Positions 57,062-64,000 of a DNA stretch of 64,000 nucleotides are shown here, piece by piece; within the stretch, counting starts at the first letter, position 1; each line of letters starts with the position of its first letter. A program made the translations under genes and the position numbers. The DNA is from Tubiluchus corallicola (Eukaryota; Animalia; Priapulida), in contig JAQGDQ010000315.1 in NCBI GenBank assembly GCA_030141605.1, positions 186,001-250,000 on the forward strand. Reading direction: 5' to 3'. The notes beneath the pieces were generated by a model that saw only the letters and a program-made list of their open reading frames with translations, was not told where the DNA came from and did no database searches.

Positions 57062-57744
57062 GTTATTACTGTTGTAATAACAGAAAATAATAATAACAAT
57101 AATTAAATAATTAATAATAAAAATATTTACAGAATTTGGCACCTTGGCAACTACTTACTTTGCCTAGTGGTAGAGCCAACCTTGACTTTGATACTGTGTG
57201 TTTGATCAAAAATTAATATATATCTATAGCAGTGCACTTCAACTTGACTTTACTAGCATATTCCCCTGCCGACAATGTTTGTCATGTCGTAGTTTCGCAA
57301 GCTGAATGTTCACAGATGTGAAACGTTTGATGGTTGGAAATTCCCTGCTGTAATCGAAACTATCGTGCTGTCTAACATTAAATTAAATTCCTTACTGTCC
57401 ATGTTCGGCTGACTTTTTCAGCAAAAATCATAAAACTCTATGCAGCAGCACTCGTTTGCTCTCGTTGTGTTTGCTCAGCGGCAGGTAATGCGACGTTTTG
57501 TTAGCTTTGGAACAATCTCATTGCAACGATAATAATTTATGGTTTTCAGTTCCTAGCAAAGAAATCTAGCCTGCAACTCCGGCTTAATCAATTTTTCGCC
57601 TAAGTGATCCTGGAGGAATTTTTCCAAACCTGGACAACATGGCAGTTCTTATCAATTTGGCCACAGCACAATTTGAACAAAACTGTTACTGGGTCGAAAG
57701 ATGAACGCAAAAGGATTTAATAAGCAAAATACACACCGGTTCTC

Positions 57745-57970
<226 letters not shown>

Positions 57971-58321
57971 AAACAGCTTTTTATTTAACAGTATAATGCT
58001 TACTAATATGGAGTCACTGTAAGTAAGGTTCTTATGTGAATGAGAATGAAGTTCATCATTATGATTATTATTACGCAATGCAAAATGGATTCATCTGTTT
58101 AATTAACAATAGTATGGGGTGCTTCATTCTCTTGTGGACTCAATTTTCTACCTATAATCATCTTAATTATACGCTGCAATTAACAATCCTCATTACCGTC
58201 ACTCCTTCAGTTTTGCGAAATGTTTTCCTCCAGTTAATTATTTACTTGCCTTTCCACAACAACGAAATTGAAAAGGCACGTTATTTTTGAAGTTTTTTCT
58301 TTTGGACATTTTTTATTAATA

Positions 58322-58697
58322 AGCTGTTTCACAGTTTCAAAGATTGATGATGATTGTGAAAAGGTCAAAGATTAAGTGTACCAGACAACGCATTTGTGTA
58401 CACTTGACAGCGCCTCGCAGCCCATGCTACTGTAATAGTAACAGTTTTAACAATCAGCTAGAACCTCACCTAGTTCATTTTCTCTTGTTCCCAAGCAAGA
58501 TCCTGTTAGTAAATCACTCTATGCACAGACTAATGCATAATTAAGTAAAGTCCTCGTAAAACAAATGAAGTTACTGAACTGATACTTTGCTTTACACAAT
58601 GTCACGTGATGATTCTAGTTAAGACGCGTTGCTGTGGTACACTTAACCTTTGACCTACAGCAACTGCGCGTGCGTACAACGAAACTGTGAAAAGGCT
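58322..58697. mobile_element. MITE family A, full-length copy
   Basis: Colinear with 51485-51861. TIR agctgtttcacagtttc/gaaactgtgaaaaggct flanked by TA. Confidence 0.88.
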
Positions 58698-58872
58698 TAT
58701 CGTTCCAGTTCTTTTCGTTGTTAAGTATTATTACTGCATTACTTAAAAACATATTTGGTAGATAGTGCTGATCTCATACAAAATTGTCGAAATATTTGTT
58801 TAAATTAACCTCATATAAACATCAGACTAATTAACATTTTTTATTACAGGCACTTAAAAACATTTATTGTTA

Positions 58873-59141
58873 AAACACCACAACTTTATTAAAACTTTTA
58901 ATTTACATCGTAAAAAATCATGTCAAACGTTTTTCACGGAGATACTGCTATCATCGTTATGTATTTTTAAATACATAACTAGTGCCTAGTGCATAATGTT
59001 CTATTCTGTAGCGTCTGCCTACATAAACTGGTTGTATGTTTATAAAAATTTACCACTGATGATGACAGCAATAGTTCTGTCGAAAGTTTGACATGATTTT
59101 TTAACTATGTAAATTAAAAGTTATAACAAAGTTCTGGTGTT
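58873..59141. repeat. Inverted pair of arms of about 85 bp with a hammerhead-like core (possible Penelope-type remnant)
   Basis: 58873-58957 is the imperfect reverse complement of 59058-59141. CTGATGA-t-gacag(8 nt)ctgtc-GAAA at 59056-59085. Confidence 0.5.
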
Positions 59142-59732
59142 CTAACTATAGAATAATTATCTTGTACAATATTAAATATCAATTTTATGCCACAATAATT
59201 ATTTAGCTTCACGCTACAGAAATCGTAGCAAAAAGGTAGTTTCAAGGGTGCATAGATTTTGATACAATTTCAGAACAACCTTCGAATTGCTCTAACATTG
59301 ACAATTTTGTCACGGGTTTGGGAATACGGATTTCTCTGTCGAAGCAGCAGGATCGCATTACCAGGTTAAACCATGTGTAATGCAATATATGGGCTATATG
59401 TGAAACTGCTAAGTTCAACTAAATCTGCTGACAAATACGTAGGTTTCCTATGATATATCTAATAAGCCTGCGTTCCCATGTGAATTATCCTATTATTGTA
59501 TTAGTTTAGTTTATATTGAAATATAGAGCTTTTGCACGATATACCCTACTGACAGTGTGTCCCCGATTCCAGATGGACATTATCCCATGATTGCATTAGC
59601 CTGTCGATTTCAGTCGAACAAATGTACATAACAGTACAACGTAGACACAACAGACCTATTCGCTGGCTGAGTTGTAGTGCTCTCACCAACGTGGCGTAAC
59701 GCTGGTAGAATGATAACGCAACCTTGGTCACC

Positions 59733-59765
59733 AGCAGCGACAGCAACAGCAGCAGCAGCAGCAGC

Positions 59766-59814
<49 letters not shown>

Positions 59815-59828
59815 GCAACAACAACAGC

Positions 59829-59871
<43 letters not shown>

Positions 59872-59899
59872 GCGACAATGACGACAAAAGCAGCAGCAG
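59733..59899. repeat. (CAG)/(CAA)n microsatellite
   Basis: Direct reading. Confidence 0.95.
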
Positions 59900-60292
59900 T
59901 TACGAAGACGGTACTAGTAGCATTTTTCTTCCAATGAAAAATCTTTTTTATTTCCATTGGTAATATATTTCAGGAATATAAAAAATGATTTTTCAGTCCA
60001 CAATACTTGAATACCACGTGATCTAGGTAGTAATTTTCAGTTGCCAATGTCACTTAACAGTTTATGCAGCGATGTCTGTTAATGTATCGGCAGGCTTTTG
60101 AATAACTAGCGTACTTTAAGTGTAAACAATTCGGCTGATACTCGAGCGCCATTACTTTATTAAAACTATATTTTCACACTTTTTTTTTGTTAAAGTCTTT
60201 AGTGATTAGTCTTCTGATTTTGCTTTAAAGAATCATAAAGACCGAACAGTTGTGGCGGCTTGTTTCTATACAAAGCTAACAGATTCTAAATA

Positions 60293-60656
60293 AGCCTTTT
60301 CACAGGTCTAGCGATTGATGATGATCATGGAAAGGTCAAAGGTTAAGTGTACCAGACAACACATTTGTGTACACGTGACAACGTCTCGCAGCCCATGATA
60401 TTCTAATATTAACAGTTTTAACAGCTAGCTAGAACCTTACCTAGTTCCCAAGCAAGATCCTGCTAGTAAATCACTCTATGCACAGCACAGACTAATGCAT
60501 AATTAAGTAAAGTCCACGTAAGACAACAGAAGTTACTGAACTGTCACTAAAACCCACATGTCACGTGATGGTTGTAATTAAGACGCGATGCTGTGGCACA
60601 CTTAACCTTTGACCTACAGCAAAGGAGCGTACGCAAAACAAAACCGTGAAAAGGCT
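60293..60656. mobile_element. MITE family A, full-length copy
   Basis: aaTA|agccttttcacagg...ccgtgaaaaggct|TAtt. Colinear with the other copies. Confidence 0.88.
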
Positions 60657-60974
60657 TATTGAAGAAAATTAAGATGCAACCATTAACTGGGAAAACCTTT
60701 CACATAAACAATAAGGCTAGTAAAATTTTTCAATTTCTAAATTATTGGTTGTCCTGGTCAGTTGTCTGACCTCAAATGTTATTTACACGGACGGTGAAGT
60801 CTGCATGTAATGTAGGCCTAATATATATATATATATATGAATAATTGATTGCTTTTCTGAAAGTTTGAGGTGTTGTTAAGAACTTTAAATATTGTGAAAT
60901 ACCGTTTAATACAAGAGCAATTTCAATAAAAGTTTTGGTACAGCTCTACACAGCTTCATATGTTTTGGCTTACT

Positions 60975-61250
60975 GTATGTTTGTTGTACGTATGTATGTA
61001 TATTTGTACGTAGGTTTGTTGTATGTATGTATGTATGTATGTATGTATGTATGTATGTATGTATGTATGTATGTATGTATGTATGTACGTATGCACGCAT
61101 GTACGTAGGTATGCATGTACGTATGTATGTATGTATGTATGTTGTATGTATGTATGTATGTATGTATGTATGTATGTATGTATGTATGTATGTATGTATG
61201 TATGTATGTAGGTATGTATGTACGTATGTACGTATGTACGTATGCGTGTA

Positions 61251-61332
<82 letters not shown>

Positions 61333-61465
61333 TATGTGTGTATGTGTGTATGTATGTATGTATGTATGTATGTATGTATGTATGTATGTATGTATGTATG
61401 TATGTATGTATGTATGTATGTATGTATGTATGTATGTATGTATGTATGTATGTATGTTTGTTTGT
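60975..61465. repeat. (TATG)n/(TG)n microsatellite
   Basis: Direct reading. Confidence 0.97.
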
Positions 61466-63375
61466 TTTAAGTATGCTTGTTGTATGTATTGTTTGTTGTT
61501 TGTCATTTGTATGAATTGCATGTTTATTCTGAAAAAAAGACGTATAAAGTTGACTTAAGGTGTCTGAGAATAATGTTAAAAAAGTAAAAGGCAAATACTT
61601 CACCTGGAACGTTCATTCTTGTTGTGTACATACGCACACACACACACACGCGCACGCATGCACGCACGCACTTCAAGAAGTTATTTCATAGAAGTTTTCC
61701 AGATAAATGATAAATTAAAATTTATGAAACACCAAAATGGAATTTATTGCTTATTTTAATATTAATAAAAATGAATTCAAATAGTTTGTATTAGTTACAA
61801 TTTCCTGACCATATTTTCAGGTGTGACATGAAGTGTGTTTCACGGAAAAATCGAACACTGTTTGACATTAGTTTGTTTGTCACATCGAAGAAATAAATAG
61901 TAGGGTATTAATAACTTTTTATAAAATGTGCAAGTGAGCAACTATTGGCTGATAGCTTCCATGTTTTTTAGTATCTCTAAATGTCTAAACGATGTTCGTT
62001 TTCTCAAGCTAGTTGTTTAAACATTTGTTGCCACGATGTGCGGTACATGCGTTACCACCAAGCACTATTTTGACAGTATGTACCTGTCTGGCTTCACAAT
62101 ATTTATAGGCTGACTATAGATTCTTAGACGTTTTCCCGACGTGGAATAATGAAATTGCGAAAATATAATTTAACTACGTTTTGTACAACCAGGGATTTAT
62201 ACGTTTTCGAAAACTGATCATTTTCGCTGTCTCTGGCGTATTTAAACATTAATTTCGTAAATTTATTTGCAAATAGCTTCCCAGACTGCGCTAGGTTGAT
62301 AACGAGGGAATGTACAGCATTTCTTCCGGTAAAGATCGCAAGGCTAGTAATTTAGTATTAAGACGTCAGCTCACCATCTGTACTTTACAGCAAATTGCAG
62401 CGGTTTTGTTTCATTGCAGAGTAACTTTAAACGACCAACTTGCTCTCTTCCGGGAAAATTATACTGTTACTGACACTTTCTAAAATAATTAATACAGAGA
62501 TAACTTAAAAGGCGCCATCGTATCAAGTTTATTTAGTTTAATCAATTTAAACGCACAAGTTTTGACTTGATAGACTAGGTGTCCATATCACTCCATATCA
62601 AGTAACTCCATACAAATGCAGCCAGACGTTATAGTTTAACCTGCTGTTATTTTCCTATAGAGCACAATTTCGTAGTAATAATATAATAATAAATATGATT
62701 TTTGCAGAAGTACATTCAGTGCATTTGCAAATAAATACATTGAGTGGATAATAAAATCAATACAGTTACAGTTATCACAATTGATAACATATATACAATA
62801 GTATTCATAAATGTTATATGTGGTTAGCAATAAATACATAAAACTTATAAATATATACATAACATATGATTACACATGCGTGACGACACATAAATATAAT
62901 AAATGCGCGATGTTCTGAATATTTGTACATACACATAAATAAACATACACGCAGTTCGTAAGATACAGCGGGTTTATAAGGAAGTACAGTACTTCTTTAT
63001 ATTTTCAATTATGGAAAGCCGTCCTCAAAATGAGAGGATTTTTGTCAGCCAATCTTGCTTTATATTTAAAAGTGAGTGTTGGGCCTCTGGGCTGACGATA
63101 ATCATTGTTTATATGTCAATGATAAATGTACCTCGTTTATTTAATCTGACAAAATTTCATCTGAAATAAAGATAGGAAACGTAAAAAGAACGGAGTCTGC
63201 ATTTGAATCAGGAATTTTGTAGGAATCATAATGTAGTTTGTACTAAAGTGTCGGCTTCCTGTAGGCCTAAGTGCTTCCTGTAGACCTGGGTGGCTTCTTC
63301 TGTACAAGAGTTAATATGTACATAACATTCACACTGTTTTTTGGTAAATTTAATAAAATAATAATAAAAGAAAAA

Positions 63376-63594
<219 letters not shown>

Positions 63595-64000
63595 AATTAT
63601 TTGTTGTTACATGTTGTCAAGATGCTAAAAGCAGCTTAACTACACCGTATTTTTAAAAATATAAGTGCTTTTCATTAAGAAAGAAGATAAAACGTAAAAC
63701 AGATGCTTTAAACGTAAACATAATTGATCAGCTGCTGCAATGGATATTACTCTCACTTTAGCCGGCTATGTCAGCATTTCTGCAGCATTTATAGAGTTTT
63801 ACATATTTGTATTTCAGAATAAATTTTGAAATCTTGTTCATTCTCACAGAGACTATCATTCAGGCTGCTAAACGCCTTATATATTGCTGCTTAATATTCG
63901 TATTTGCGCTGGTGCCTGATGCAGTAGAATTAGACTTACAGTTGTCAGTGCATTACAGAAAACTACATTAATGCTCTTATGATAATATCACCTACTATTA

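Noticed and set aside
53834-57106. ORFs of 870-1090 aa
   Set aside because: Products of a stop-free 25-bp satellite in all three + frames, running through Ns.

Overview
AT-rich, microsatellite-dense animal (invertebrate-like) genomic DNA. The one confidently identified gene is TEX261 (SVP26 family; + strand, five coding exons from 82 to 13538, first exon upstream of the window). A chain of phase-compatible exons of an unidentified minus-strand gene or pseudogene runs from about 44.9 kb down to 23 kb. A candidate bidirectional promoter lies at about 45.2 kb, followed by a weakly supported + strand transcript. The rest is transposon debris (Tc1/mariner-type and hAT MITEs, a four-copy MITE family, RTE and other LINE fragments), satellites with 25, 33, 70 and 84 bp units, and one assembly gap. 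Most notable: (1) a LINE inserted in a (TC)n tract with a twin-priming-type 5' inversion plus a perfect 67-bp fold-back at the junction; (2) a 33-bp satellite whose unit reads as a complete 30-nt GT-AG intron plus a 3-nt exon; (3) a bipartite non-autonomous RTE element with a 17-bp TSD. All calls are by eye; no searches were run.
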